Below are positions 19,865 through 30,450 of a stretch of DNA of 64,000 nt, piece after piece. The translations under genes and the position numbers were made by a program. Every line of letters starts with the position of its first letter. Within the stretch, counting starts at the first letter, position 1. The stretch comes from a virus (lineage: Duplodnaviria > Caudoviricetes). The notes under the pieces are model-generated. The model saw nothing but the letters and a program-made list of their open reading frames with translations. It did not search any database and was not told where the DNA came from. The stretch lies in the IMG/VR virus record IMGVR_UViG_3300046839_000055, positions 1 to 64,000 of that record, one strand, 5' to 3'.

Positions 19865-21892
19865 ATGGAAAATAATACGAATTTACTTTCGGCTCTGAAA
19901 TCCATCGATGTCGCCTCCCTTTCCCGTGCCGACTGGATTGCGGTCGGCATGGCCTTAAAGGAGGAGGGACTTCCCTGCTCCATCTGGGACGACTGGAGTA
20001 GGAACGACTCCCGCTACAAACCGGGAGAGTGCGAACAGAAATGGGCCGGATTTCATGGAACCGACAAACCGGTCAAGGGCGGCACGATCGTTCAGATGGC
20101 AAAGGATCGCGGCTGGAAACCATTCGTCGGTGAGGATGGCGTGATGAGCTGGGATGACACGATCGAGTACGACGGCGTTGAAGGATTCACCGGTTTTACC
20201 GCTCCGGATGCATGGTCGCCCACCAAAGACCTCATTACTTACCTTGCGCTTTTATTCAAGCCGGACGAACGGGTCGGCTATGTGACGAACGATGTCTGGC
20301 AGGACAAGGACGGCAGGTGGCTCCCCAGTAAAGGCGTCTATGACCGCACGGCAGGCGAGCTGATCGAGTCCTTAAAAAAGCATCCGGATGACCTCGGCGC
20401 GACCGTCGGCGACTGGAAGGAAGATGCCGGTGCATGGATCCGCTTTAATCCCGTGGATGGAGAAGGCGTAAAAAACGAGAATGTCACCCGGTTCACCTAT
20501 GCGCTGGTGGAATCAGATACCCTGCCCATTGCAGAACAGGACATTCTCTATCGGAAGCTCGAACTTCCGATTGCTGCCCTTGTTCACTCCGGCGGCAAGA
20601 GCCTGCATGCTATCGTGCATGTCGATGCAGAAAACTACGAGGAGTATCGAAAGCGTGTCGAGTTTCTTTACGACTTCCTTGAGAAAAACGGCGTCTCAAT
20701 CGACAAACAGAACCGCAACCCCTCAAGGCTCTCCCGGATGCCCGGGGTCACGAGAAATGGCAACCGGCAGTATCTTGCCGCGACGAACATCGGCAGGAAG
20801 TCTTGGACGGACTGGATGGACTATGTCGAGGGCGTGACAGATGAGCTTCCCGGCATGGTCTCCCTTTCCGAGTACAAGGATAATCCGCCGCAGCTTCCGG
20901 AGGAGCTGATCAAAGGGATCTTAAGGCGCGGGCACAAGATGCTGGTCTCCGGTTCTTCGAAGGCAGGGAAGTCCTTCCTTCTCATGGAGCTTTGCATTGC
21001 CATTGCAGAAGGCAGAAAATGGCTCGGATTCGAGTGTAAAAAAGGCCGGGTGCTCTACGTCAATCTGGAAATCGACCCGGCGTCCGCGATCGTGCGATTC
21101 CTCAAGATCTACGACGCGCTGGGTCTTCCAAAGAATCATACAGAGGACATCGTGGTCTGGAACCTTCGTGGTCATGCCGTACCTCTCGATCAGCTGGTAC
21201 CGAAACTGATCCGGCGTGTCAAGGACCAACACTTCGATGCGATCATTATAGACCCGATTTACAAGGTCATCACCGGCGACGAAAACAACGCTTCAGAGAT
21301 GGGTGCCTTCTGTAACCAGTTCGACAAGATCTGCACGGAGACCGGCTGCTCGACGATCTACTGTCACCATCACAGCAAGGGTGCTCAGGGCATGAAGAAG
21401 GCGATGGACAGAGCCAGCGGTTCCGGTGTATTTGCCAGAGACCCCGACGCGCAGCTCGACATGATCCAGCTGGAGCTCTCCGATGAGCTGAAAAATAACG
21501 TCGCAGATACCGGCGCTACCGCTTGGCGGATGGAGTCCAGTCTTAGGGAGTTTGCCAATATCGCACCTGTCAATTTTTGGTTTGAATACCCGATCCACAG
21601 ACTTGATACGACAGGTGAACTTGCACGGCTCGGTGCCGAAGGAAGTCCGATTGCTAATCTCACGAAGTCCGGGAACTACTCCACTCCGGAGAGTCGCCGC
21701 ACAGCGATCGACAATGCCTATGATGCACTCTCCATCGATGAGAACGTCCAGATCACGATAAACGACATCGCCGAGTATCTCGATATCTCCGCCCGTACCG
21801 TAAAGAGGCACCTCGCCGAGCTCAAGGACTCCTATAACTGCACGAACGGCGTCGTCAAACGCCTCAAGAACTCAGATGGACAATCGAAGTAA
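19865..21892 (+). CDS. Primase-helicase (PriCT-2, primase, AAA_25, C-terminal HTH)
   Basis: WIAVGMALK..WDDWS; HSGGKSLHA; GSSKAGKS; IIIDP; HHHSKG. Confidence 0.9.
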   Translation: MENNTNLLSALKSIDVASLSRADWIAVGMALKEEGLPCSIWDDWSRNDSRYKPGECEQKWAGFHGTDKPVKGGTIVQMAKDRGWKPFVGEDGVMSWDDTIEYDGVEGFTGFTAPDAWSPTKDLITYLALLFKPDERVGYVTNDVWQDKDGRWLPSKGVYDRTAGELIESLKKHPDDLGATVGDWKEDAGAWIRFNPVDGEGVKNENVTRFTYALVESDTLPIAEQDILYRKLELPIAALVHSGGKSLHAIVHVDAENYEEYRKRVEFLYDFLEKNGVSIDKQNRNPSRLSRMPGVTRNGNRQYLAATNIGRKSWTDWMDYVEGVTDELPGMVSLSEYKDNPPQLPEELIKGILRRGHKMLVSGSSKAGKSFLLMELCIAIAEGRKWLGFECKKGRVLYVNLEIDPASAIVRFLKIYDALGLPKNHTEDIVVWNLRGHAVPLDQLVPKLIRRVKDQHFDAIIIDPIYKVITGDENNASEMGAFCNQFDKICTETGCSTIYCHHHSKGAQGMKKAMDRASGSGVFARDPDAQLDMIQLELSDELKNNVADTGATAWRMESSLREFANIAPVNFWFEYPIHRLDTTGELARLGAEGSPIANLTKSGNYSTPESRRTAIDNAYDALSIDENVQITINDIAEYLDISARTVKRHLAELKDSYNCTNGVVKRLKNSDGQSK

Positions 21893-21957
21893 ATCCCGGT
21901 TGTCCGGATATGGACGGCAACCGACTTTTTCTCGGCTGTCGGTCAGTAGTCAACCGC

Positions 21958-22060
21958 CTATATATATAGATATATTGTCAGTCCGTGGACGTTCCGTGTG
22001 TGGGAAGGACGTAAACGTCCGTCCTTCCACACAGCGAAACGGAACCCTACGGCTGACAAT
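21958..22060. other. Putative replication origin: AT run followed by a long imperfect palindrome
   Basis: TATATATATAGATATA then nested arms ATTGTCAG/CTGACAAT, GTTCCGT/ACGGAAC, GGAAGGACG/CGTCCTTCC just after the primase gene. Confidence 0.55.
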
Positions 22061-22095
22061 CTAAGAGATGAAAAATGTCCGGAAAGGTACAGTCT

Positions 22096-22500
22096 ATGAA
22101 TTTTTTTATTGAAATGAATCCCCCTACCGCAACTGCACAGGAAAAGCAGGTGCGTATCATCCACGGAAAACCGATTTTTTATGAGCCTGCCAAGTTAAAG
22201 CAGGCAAAGCACATCCTGACAGAGAAGCTCATGCCGCATAGTCCGAAGGAACCGCTCACCGGTCCGCTTGCCCTGCATGTCGTGTGGTTATTTCCGAAAG
22301 GGAAATCACACAGACATGGTGAATGGCGTATCACCCGTCCAGATACCGACAACCTCGAAAAGATGCTGAAGGACTGTATGACCCGCTGCGGCTACTGGAA
22401 CGATGACGCGCAAGTCGTAAAAGAGACCGCCGAGAAGCGCTGGTCCGATGAACCGACCGGCATTGAGATCGAGATCACAGAAGCGGAGGTGCAAGTATGA
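22096..22500 (+). CDS. rusA: RusA-family Holliday junction resolvase
   Basis: RPDTDNLEKMLKD...WNDDAQV. Confidence 0.9.
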   Translation: MNFFIEMNPPTATAQEKQVRIIHGKPIFYEPAKLKQAKHILTEKLMPHSPKEPLTGPLALHVVWLFPKGKSHRHGEWRITRPDTDNLEKMLKDCMTRCGYWNDDAQVVKETAEKRWSDEPTGIEIEITEAEVQV

Positions 22501-22925
22501 GCTCTGTATATCGTAACAACGAAGGATATGTAGACACCACGGCAGGCATGGCGATTGCTCATGCCGCTGTCGCAGAAAAAAAGAAGAAGTACCGTCCCAT
22601 CGTTTACATCTGCTCCAAGTACAGAGGCGATACCGAGAAGAATGCTGCAGATGCCCTGAAGTACTGCCGCTTTGCCGTACGAAGAGGCTGCATCCCGATC
22701 GCACCGCATATCTTTTTCGCTCATTCCGGCATCCTTAATGATGCTGACCCGGAAGAACGGAAGCTCGGCATGTTTATCGGGATCATCCTGCTCGACCGCT
22801 GTGAAGAGGTCTGGATCTTTGGAAACGAGCTCTCCGACGGCATGAAGCGCGAGTATGACCGCGCTGTCAGAAGAAATATCAAAATCCGCACCTTTACCGA
22901 CAGCTGTGTGGAGATCGGAGGATGA
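22497..22925 (+). CDS. DUF4406-like phage protein
   Basis: VYICSKYRGD...PIAPH...CEEVWIFG..SDGMKRE. Confidence 0.75.
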   Translation: MSSVYRNNEGYVDTTAGMAIAHAAVAEKKKKYRPIVYICSKYRGDTEKNAADALKYCRFAVRRGCIPIAPHIFFAHSGILNDADPEERKLGMFIGIILLDRCEEVWIFGNELSDGMKREYDRAVRRNIKIRTFTDSCVEIGG

Positions 22926-22926
22926 A

Positions 22927-23148
22927 ATGGATCCATATGAAAAGCTGGCAAACGCCATCATCCTTCAGGCCGTAAAAGACTGGCGGCACGGAGCAAAACT
23001 TCTGAAACGTCACCCAAACAGCACAGAAGGAAGACGCATCAAATATGACACCGAGAAATTTTTCAAGTCGAAGTGGTTCTCCAGTCTTACAAATATTGAC
23101 GGAAAAATGCTGCTTCGGAAACTGCAAGAGGAGGTAAATGAGTCATGA
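22927..23148 (+). CDS. Phage hypothetical protein
   Basis: MDPYEKLANAIILQAVKDWR...FFKSKWF after GGAGG. Confidence 0.75.
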   Translation: MDPYEKLANAIILQAVKDWRHGAKLLKRHPNSTEGRRIKYDTEKFFKSKWFSSLTNIDGKMLLRKLQEEVNES

Positions 23149-23573
23149 TGACTGTAAAGGAATACCTTCGTCAGGCTTACCGGCTTGACCAGAGAATCAA
23201 CAGTGATATCGAGGAAGTCGGACGGCTTCGGAGCATGGCATCTTCTGTTTCTTCTCCCTCTCTTGGAGAGCGGGTGCAGACCAGTCATAACGGCGATGCT
23301 CCATTCGTTCGCTCCATCGAGAAGATTATTGAACTGGAACACAAGATTGATCAGGAGATCGATCTCTACGTGAATCTGAAAGATCAGATCCGGACCGTCA
23401 TCGCAAAGGTCGATGATCCGAATGAACAGCTCGTCCTCCGCTACCGGTACGTGCATAACTATACCTGGGAACAGATCGGCGATCGTCTCTACGCGGATCG
23501 CACGACGGTATACCGCTGGCACAGCAATGCGCTTAGGCATGTCACGCTCCCGGACGACCCGATCATCATCTGA
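23145..23573 (+). CDS. ArpU/RinA-like late transcriptional activator
   Basis: KEYLRQAY...VLRYRY..YTWEQIG...VYRWH; last gene before packaging module. Confidence 0.8.
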   Translation: MMTVKEYLRQAYRLDQRINSDIEEVGRLRSMASSVSSPSLGERVQTSHNGDAPFVRSIEKIIELEHKIDQEIDLYVNLKDQIRTVIAKVDDPNEQLVLRYRYVHNYTWEQIGDRLYADRTTVYRWHSNALRHVTLPDDPIII

Positions 23574-23592
23574 AACCGGAACTCACCGCAGG

Positions 23593-23645
23593 TTGCAACA
23601 CTTTGCAACAAAATGAGACTCTCGCATATGTGATAGTATAGAATC
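23593..23645 (+). promoter_or_regulatory. Putative late promoter with activator boxes
   Basis: TTGCAACA at 23593 and 23603 (10-bp phase), then TGTGATAGTATAGAAT extended -10-like sequence. Confidence 0.6.
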
Positions 23646-23733
23646 AGCGAAAGCGAGCAAGATGAAACACAGCAAGCCCTGAAGGAGACCGATCCTCCGG
23701 GGCTTTTGTTATGCAGCAAAGGAGGCGGCGTGC

Positions 23734-24105
23734 ATGCCAAGGAAACCAAAGCGCCCCTGCAGATACCAAGGCTGCAAGGAATTCGCTGAGGACGGCGAAC
23801 AGTACTGCCCGAAGCACAAGAAACTGATGGAAGAACACTACGACAACTTCACCCGCGGATACAACGGGCATAAACGTTACGGCAGTCAGTGGAGAAAGAT
23901 CCGGACGCGCTACGTCAAGAAGCACCCGCTCTGTGAGGAGTGCTTAAAGCATGGGCGATTCGTTCCGGTCGAGGAAGTCCACCACATCGTTCCGATCTCC
24001 GAGGGAGGAACCAACGACGAGAGCAATCTCATGAGTCTTTGCCGGAGCTGTCACGAAAAAATCCACGAGAAACGTGGTGACAGGAAACCGGGAGGGGCGG
24101 TCTGA
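23734..24105 (+). CDS. HNH endonuclease (terminase cofactor type)
   Basis: PLCEEC..EVHHIVP..GGTN..NLMSLCRSCH. Confidence 0.92.
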   Translation: MPRKPKRPCRYQGCKEFAEDGEQYCPKHKKLMEEHYDNFTRGYNGHKRYGSQWRKIRTRYVKKHPLCEECLKHGRFVPVEEVHHIVPISEGGTNDESNLMSLCRSCHEKIHEKRGDRKPGGAV

Positions 24106-24200
24106 ATCTCTAAAACCAAAAGGACAGAAGACCGCCGCCCCCTCTCGCGTGCGTTTTTTCCGGTTCAAACAGGGGATTAACCCCGCCGCCTGCACAGAAA
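24091..24200. other. Probable cos/packaging region
   Basis: Lies between HNH and terS; GGGGCGGTCT...AGACCGCCGCCCC inverted arrangement; exact cut site not determinable. Confidence 0.35.
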
Positions 24201-24213
24201 GGAAGTGTAAACC

Positions 24214-24795
24214 GTGGCAAAAGACGGAACGTACCGCGGCGGCAGGCGAATTAAAGCCGGTGGCAAGCCCACCCCTGCTGCGGAAAAAATAGCAAATGGG
24301 AAACCGGTGCAGGTCATGAGAAATGACATTCCTGACCTGGAACCGGATGAACTTGAGGCAGTGGATCTTCCGGAGGGCGCTGTACTCGAAGGCGCGGATA
24401 TGCCAAAGCCGGACGAATACCTCTCCGCCAAACAGAAGAACGGCAAGCCGCTCGGAGCTGACGTGATTTACAAAGAGACCTGGCTCTGGCTCAAACGCCG
24501 CCACTGCGAAAATCTTGTAAATAAGCGGCTCATTGAATCCTACGCGCAGAACTTTGCCCGTTACATTCAATGCGAGGATGCGATTAGTACCTACGGACTT
24601 CTCGGGAAGCATCCGACGACAGGCGGGGTCGTGAGCTCTCCCTTCGTCCAGATGGCATCGCAGTTTCAGAAAGCCGCGAACCTCATCTGGATGGAAATCT
24701 ATGACATTGTGAAACAGAACTGTACCGAGGAGTTTGAGGACGGGAATCCGAATGACACGATGGAGCAGCTTCTTCGTTCAAGGAAAGGACGATAA
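24214..24795 (+). CDS. terS: Terminase small subunit (P27-like)
   Basis: RGGRRIKAGGKP N-terminus; KHPTTG..SPFV. Confidence 0.85.
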   Translation: MAKDGTYRGGRRIKAGGKPTPAAEKIANGKPVQVMRNDIPDLEPDELEAVDLPEGAVLEGADMPKPDEYLSAKQKNGKPLGADVIYKETWLWLKRRHCENLVNKRLIESYAQNFARYIQCEDAISTYGLLGKHPTTGGVVSSPFVQMASQFQKAANLIWMEIYDIVKQNCTEEFEDGNPNDTMEQLLRSRKGR

Positions 24796-26046
24796 ATGGA
24801 TACAAATAAACTTGAACAGGTACCGATTGACAAGCTGGTGCCTTATGCCCGGAATGCACGGACACACAGTAAAGAACAGATCGCGCAGCTTCGCGCTTCA
24901 CTCCGGGAGTTTGGTTTCGTCTCCCCTGCCGTGATCGACAGCAAATACAACATCCTCGTCGGCCACGGACGTGTGCAGGCGGCACGGGAGGAAGGTTACA
25001 AGACCGTCCCCTGCGTCTTTGCCGAGAACCTGAACGATGCGCAGAAGCGTGCCTATATCCTTGCCGACAATCAGCTGGCATTAAATGCCGGATGGGATGA
25101 AGAGATGCTCTCCGTGGAACTGTCTGATCTGCAGGCGGACGATTTTGATCTGTCTCTCCTCGGATTTGACGATAAGGACCTCGAAAAGCTGATGGCAGGC
25201 CCGGACGACAGCGGCGCGGAAGATGATGATTTCGATCTCTCCGCTGCCCTTGAGAAGGCATCCTTCGTCGAAAAAGGTGATCTCTGGACGGTCGGAAAGC
25301 ACCGACTGCTCTGCGGCGATGCTACTTCTCCTGAAGACGTCGAGCATCTGATGGGAGGCAAGACCGCAAATCTGATCCTGACGGATCCGCCTTACGGAGT
25401 TTCCTTCAAAGCATCCGACGGGCTCACAATTGAAAACGACAGCCTGAAGGGCGATGAATTCTATAAGTTCCTGCTTTCTGCATTTACCAACATGGCCGCT
25501 CACCTTGAGAAAGGTGGTGCGGCTTATGTTTTCCATGCAGATACCGAGGGGCTTAACTTCCGAAAAGCCTTCATTGATGCCGGCTTCCATCTGGCAGGAG
25601 TGTGTATCTGGGTAAAAAACTCTCTGGTTCTCGGTCGTTCCGATTACCAGTGGCAGCATGAACCGATCCTCTACGGCTTCCTTCAGAATGGAAAGCATCC
25701 ATGGTATTCCGACCGAAAGCAAACGACCATCTGGAACTTCAATAAGCCGAAGCGTAACAAGGATCACCCGACCAGCAAGCCACTCGATCTTCTCTCCTAC
25801 CCGATCAAGAATTCCAGTCAGGAGAACGCCATCGTGCTCGATACCTTCGGCGGCTCCGGTTCCACGATGATGGCCTGTGAACAGATGAATCGTATCTGCT
25901 ACATGTCTGAGCTTGATCCGAAATATGCCTCTGTGATACTCCGCCGCTATGTCGAGGATACCGGTGATGCGGATGGTGTGTATGTAGAACGTGGCGGCAA
26001 GAAGCTCCCCTATTCCGACCTCGTAAAGGAAGTCGAAACCACATAA
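24796..26046 (+). CDS. ParB-domain + N4/N6 DNA methyltransferase
   Basis: LVPYARNARTH, GHGR, LADN; TDPPY, HPTSKP, DTFGGSGST. Confidence 0.93.
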   Translation: MDTNKLEQVPIDKLVPYARNARTHSKEQIAQLRASLREFGFVSPAVIDSKYNILVGHGRVQAAREEGYKTVPCVFAENLNDAQKRAYILADNQLALNAGWDEEMLSVELSDLQADDFDLSLLGFDDKDLEKLMAGPDDSGAEDDDFDLSAALEKASFVEKGDLWTVGKHRLLCGDATSPEDVEHLMGGKTANLILTDPPYGVSFKASDGLTIENDSLKGDEFYKFLLSAFTNMAAHLEKGGAAYVFHADTEGLNFRKAFIDAGFHLAGVCIWVKNSLVLGRSDYQWQHEPILYGFLQNGKHPWYSDRKQTTIWNFNKPKRNKDHPTSKPLDLLSYPIKNSSQENAIVLDTFGGSGSTMMACEQMNRICYMSELDPKYASVILRRYVEDTGDADGVYVERGGKKLPYSDLVKEVETT

Positions 26047-26091
26047 ACTGCTGCGTTTCTTCGGCTTCTCTTTGGTAGTTATTTCATTTAG

Positions 26092-26131
26092 ATTCTCTTG
26101 CTATATTCCGGGCACAGAGTGATGTATGTAC
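26092..26131 (+). promoter_or_regulatory. Repeated promoter-like motif, copy 1
   Basis: TTGCTATA-N12-AGTGATGTATGTAC; copies at 30821 and 31441. Confidence 0.65.
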
Positions 26132-26155
26132 TACAAAACAAAGGAGGTACATACC

Positions 26156-26866
26156 ATGAAACTTGCATTTAACGTTACCAAGGAAAACAAGAAGGCTTTC
26201 GCAAAGGCCATCGGAGAGATCACCGGAGAAAAAGCAGTCTACCAGTTCACCCCGACCTACGCCTTCCAGATCGGCGACCTGACCGTAAACCGGGATGCAA
26301 CCCTGACGGCTCCGGACGGAAAGGACCTCGGGAGCCTGCTCGAAGCCCTAAAAGCTCAGGGGTATGAATTGCTTGAAGCCAAGGGCGCCCCGGAAGCCGA
26401 GCCACAGGAAGAAACACCTGCCGCAGACGAGAAGACGGAAGCAGATGAGAAAGCGCCGGAGCTTACGGTGAGCCTCCCGCTCACAGCCGCAAACGTCGGA
26501 ACCCTGACGAACATCCTCTCCTCCAAGGGAGACCTGATCCGGCACGCCCTCGGGGTCACGGACCTTCGAATCAACGTCACCGAGGACAAGATTGAATTCC
26601 CATGGTTTACCCGGGAACTTACCGCCGAGGAAGCAAAAGCTTACACCACTTTCCTTTCCCTGCTCTGCAAGTTCTCAAAAGAGCTGAAACACGCCAGCAG
26701 CAGGCCGGTAGAAACGGACAATGAGAAATACGCCTTCCGCTGCTTCCTTCTCCGCCTCGGCTTTATCGGACCGGAGTACAAGAAAGCAAGAAAGATCCTG
26801 CTTCAGAACCTGACCGGAAGCGCAGCCTTCCGAAACGGAGCTCCGGCAAAGGAGGCAAAGGCATGA
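26156..26866 (+). CDS. Phage 'virulence-related' hypothetical protein
   Basis: PTYAFQIG; C-terminal NEKYAFRCFLLRLGFIGPEYK..RKILL..L.GSAAF. Confidence 0.75.
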   Translation: MKLAFNVTKENKKAFAKAIGEITGEKAVYQFTPTYAFQIGDLTVNRDATLTAPDGKDLGSLLEALKAQGYELLEAKGAPEAEPQEETPAADEKTEADEKAPELTVSLPLTAANVGTLTNILSSKGDLIRHALGVTDLRINVTEDKIEFPWFTRELTAEEAKAYTTFLSLLCKFSKELKHASSRPVETDNEKYAFRCFLLRLGFIGPEYKKARKILLQNLTGSAAFRNGAPAKEAKA

Positions 26867-27087
26867 GAATGATAAGCGAGACAGCACTCAAGGCTCTGCG
26901 GGAGAATTACCCGCAGGGCACACGAATCGAACTGGTGCAGATGGATGATATTCAGGCGCCGCCTGCAGGAACCCTCGGAACCGTCATCGGAGTCGATGAT
27001 ACGGGGAGCCTTCTGGTGAACTGGGACAACGGCTCCGGCCTCAACGTGATCTACGGCGAAGATTATGCGGTGAAAATCATTATGTAG
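26863..27087 (+). CDS. DUF4314-family protein; last 7 codons replaced by the RIT insertion
   Basis: YPQGTRIELVQMDD...VDDTG..VNWDNGSGLNVIYGED; native tail VVRKVAR-stop found at about 30569-30592. Confidence 0.85.
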   Translation: MRMISETALKALRENYPQGTRIELVQMDDIQAPPAGTLGTVIGVDDTGSLLVNWDNGSGLNVIYGEDYAVKIIM

Positions 27088-27208
27088 AGTATGCGGATAA
27101 AATAGTGATTTTTACTTGCCTTTTCGTAAAAACATTCTACATAATATTGTGCCTTTTTGCCTGATAGCACATACTCTTTTGTATCAAATTCAAAGGAGGT
27201 GCCACCAC

Positions 27209-28441
27209 ATGGCAAAAGTTACAGATTTAGTTGCTGCGGCAACGCAAATGCTCCATGAGCAAAAGTTCTGCGATGATTTCATCAGGAAATATGTTGCTAT
27301 CTGGCGTAAACTTCAAATCTACGCCCAGAAATATCGCATTGATGAATTCTCATGGGACTTAGCACGAACATTCCTGCAAGAGGAATACAACATCGATATC
27401 GAAGGGGATGACATTTATTCGGCTGACTGCAAGAAAGTACATTATACTACGGTCCGTCCGCTTCTTTATCTCCTGCTCATACAGAATGATGCCGGGCTGA
27501 TACGAACCACGAAGATTGGGGTCATATCATTGGAATCCTATTCCGAGGTTCTCAACCGTTTCACGTCTTCCTGCATGGAACGCCACTTAAGGCAAGGGAC
27601 CATTGATGGTAAGATGTGGACTATCAGACCGTTCCTGATGTTTTTGAAGCAGAGCGGAATAATGTCAACACCTGAGTTGAAAAACCTTAACAAAGATACT
27701 GTTTCCGGTTTTCTACAATTCCTTACGGCAAGAGCATTGAACACCATTTCCGATAAGGTCAACGTACTCAGGAGCTTCCTCAAATTCCTTTATGAGGAGC
27801 AGTTTACGGAACAGGATCTTTCTTTGTATGTTCCAAAGGCCTCCCGACGCAGGCAGCGCCTTGCGCACACATGGACGCCGGATGAGACGGAGAGGTTGCT
27901 GGCGGCTATTGAGAGGGGGACTTCCGTCGGAAAACGGGATTACGCCATCTTTATGCTGGCGATACACCTCGGGATGCGATCGGGGGATATCGTTTCCCTC
28001 AAGTTCGAAAACATCGACTGGGTTAAATGCATCATCCGGTTCACCCAGGAGAAAACAGGTGTCCCACAAGAGCTACCATTGAGCGAGGAAATCGGAAAGG
28101 CTATCATTGACTATCTAAAGCATGGTCGCCCGGAAGATTCCAGCCCATATGTATTTGTAAGGCATTCAGCACCATACGGGAAAATAGACCGCTTTTGGTA
28201 TCAAATGCAGAAGTATTTACGCACTGCAGGAATTAGTGTTGAAAGCGAAAAGCCGCACGGTCCCCATACCTTACGTTTCTCGCTGGCCACCCACATGATG
28301 GATGCGGGCATTGAGTATGAAACCATATCAGCCGTCTTAGGCCATGCTGACCCGGCATCAACCAACAGGTATCTTCGTGCCGACATTGAAAAGCTTCGTC
28401 TCTGTGCATTAAATCCGGAGGAGGTGATGGCCGATGCCTGA
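27209..28441 (+). CDS. ritA: Tyrosine recombinase A
   Basis: RDYA..GMRSGD; HTLRFS; LGH...TNRY. Confidence 0.9.
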   Translation: MAKVTDLVAAATQMLHEQKFCDDFIRKYVAIWRKLQIYAQKYRIDEFSWDLARTFLQEEYNIDIEGDDIYSADCKKVHYTTVRPLLYLLLIQNDAGLIRTTKIGVISLESYSEVLNRFTSSCMERHLRQGTIDGKMWTIRPFLMFLKQSGIMSTPELKNLNKDTVSGFLQFLTARALNTISDKVNVLRSFLKFLYEEQFTEQDLSLYVPKASRRRQRLAHTWTPDETERLLAAIERGTSVGKRDYAIFMLAIHLGMRSGDIVSLKFENIDWVKCIIRFTQEKTGVPQELPLSEEIGKAIIDYLKHGRPEDSSPYVFVRHSAPYGKIDRFWYQMQKYLRTAGISVESEKPHGPHTLRFSLATHMMDAGIEYETISAVLGHADPASTNRYLRADIEKLRLCALNPEEVMADA

Positions 28442-29435
28442 ACCTAACCGTATTTTCATGCCGGATTTTACTGGGCCTATAGCCGAGCAGCTCAAGGGGT
28501 TCCTCGAAGAGAAACGGGCGCTCGGATACAAATATTCCTCCGAGTCATGGAGGCTTCTCCAAATAGACAGGTTGAGCCAGGAACTCGGCATAGCGCCGAA
28601 CACGCTTCCAAAGGAGCTGATTGACGCATGGAGCGTTCGTACTCCAACGGAAAGCACGAAGACATGGCGTTCCCGGATCACGGTTTCCACCCAGCTCACC
28701 GATTATTTCGTTGCCCATGATCTGCCATGTACTAAGACAATCATCCTGCCCGAAGATACGCACAGCGATTCGACATTTATACCGCATATCTTTACAGCAG
28801 ATGAACTGAAAAGGCTATTCCAGGCCGCGGATAATCTTAATGCGCCGTTATCAAGCCCACACAGGCGGGATGTCGCGGCACTCCTTTTCCGGGTACTATA
28901 TTCGTGCGGACTCCGTTTGAATGAAGCTCTCTCCCTTACTATTGGAGACGTTGACATTGAAAACGGCATAATCACGATAAAAGGTGGCAAAAGCAAGGTC
29001 GACCGTTATGTCCCAATGAGCCGGCAGCTATCCGACCGTTGCGCAACATACCAAGAAACAGTGCTTGATGGTGCTGATTCTTCCGGGATCTTCTTTTCTG
29101 CTCCAAGCGGTGGCAAATACGGTCATAGCACAGTTACATACATGTGGAACCAGATACTCCATTCCGCAGGCATTCCTAAAAACGACGACGGCCCCAGAAT
29201 TCATGATCTCCGGCACACATTTGCAGTGCATTGTCTCAAAAAATGGGTTGACGATGGAGAACAGGTAAATGCCCTTCTCCCTGTGCTTTCCAGCTACATG
29301 GGGCATGTAAACCTCGGCTCAGTAAACAAGTACTTACGGCTCACGGCGGATGTCTTCCCTGATATCACGCGGCGCGTAGAAAAGTACTTTGGGTATATCA
29401 TACCAAACGGAGGACACGTGTATGAGGAGGGATAA
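28434..29435 (+). CDS. ritB: Tyrosine recombinase B
   Basis: GLRLNEAL; RIHDLRHTFAVH; LSSYMGH..KY. Confidence 0.9.
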   Translation: MPEPNRIFMPDFTGPIAEQLKGFLEEKRALGYKYSSESWRLLQIDRLSQELGIAPNTLPKELIDAWSVRTPTESTKTWRSRITVSTQLTDYFVAHDLPCTKTIILPEDTHSDSTFIPHIFTADELKRLFQAADNLNAPLSSPHRRDVAALLFRVLYSCGLRLNEALSLTIGDVDIENGIITIKGGKSKVDRYVPMSRQLSDRCATYQETVLDGADSSGIFFSAPSGGKYGHSTVTYMWNQILHSAGIPKNDDGPRIHDLRHTFAVHCLKKWVDDGEQVNALLPVLSSYMGHVNLGSVNKYLRLTADVFPDITRRVEKYFGYIIPNGGHVYEEG

Positions 29436-30450
29436 TCAATTCCAACACCTGCTCGGAAAATTTCTGAGCGATTACCTGCCCAGCCAGCGGAGATTCAGTA
29501 CAAACACGATTGCTTCGTATTGCGACACATTCAGACTTTTCATATCCTATATGAAGGCAGCCAAGGACATAGATCCGAACCAGATCAAGTTTAAGGATGC
29601 CGACCGTAGGACGGTGGAATCCTTTTTGAAGTGGCTTGAAGATGAACGTAAATCCTCGGCATCCACTGTTAACCAGAGGTTGGCGGCAATACACTCCTTT
29701 TACAAATACGTTCAAGGTGAGGAACCTCAGCTGATTAGCCTATGCCAGCAGGTGCTGAACATTCCAAACCGCAAATCGCCGGCAAGGTTTGTTTCATATC
29801 TCTACAAAGAGGATCTCGAATTAATCCTTAAGCAGCCGGACACTTCGACGCGCAAAGGACGCAGGGATTTGACATTGCTTTGCGTTCTCTATGATACGGG
29901 CGGCCGTGTTCAGGAGATAGCCGACTTGACCATTGGGGCAGTAAGATTGCAGGCTCCGGCACAGGTAACACTTCTTGGCAAAGGCAATAAGAAGCGTGTT
30001 GTCCCACTGATGGATCAGACGGCAACCCTCATCTCGAATTACATGAAAGAGAATCACCTGTTGCAGGGAGGGCAGATGAACGAGCATCCGGTGTTTTTTA
30101 ACCAGCGGAACGAGGCACTGTCACGGTCTGGTATAGGTTATATCTTGCAAAAGTATGTCGCAGCCGCTCGGACGGAGCAGCCCACAATCCCGGAAAAGGT
30201 CACGCCTCATATTCTGAGACACTCAAAAGCAATGCATTTGCTCGAAGCGGGTGTGAACATCGTCTATATACGGGACATACTCGGCCATGTGAATATAGCG
30301 ACAACCGGTATCTACGCCCGATCCAACCTTGAAATGAAGAAAAAGGCATTGGAGAAAGTCGCAATAGTTCCCGATACGTCAGATGTCCCATTTTGGACAG
30401 AGGACAAAGATTTACTATCTTGGCTCGAAGGATACGGGAAATCATTGTAA
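29422..30450 (+). CDS. ritC: Tyrosine recombinase C
   Basis: YDTGGRVQE; GKGNKKR; HILRHSKAMHLL; LGH...TGIY. Confidence 0.9.
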   Translation: MRRDNQFQHLLGKFLSDYLPSQRRFSTNTIASYCDTFRLFISYMKAAKDIDPNQIKFKDADRRTVESFLKWLEDERKSSASTVNQRLAAIHSFYKYVQGEEPQLISLCQQVLNIPNRKSPARFVSYLYKEDLELILKQPDTSTRKGRRDLTLLCVLYDTGGRVQEIADLTIGAVRLQAPAQVTLLGKGNKKRVVPLMDQTATLISNYMKENHLLQGGQMNEHPVFFNQRNEALSRSGIGYILQKYVAAARTEQPTIPEKVTPHILRHSKAMHLLEAGVNIVYIRDILGHVNIATTGIYARSNLEMKKKALEKVAIVPDTSDVPFWTEDKDLLSWLEGYGKSL

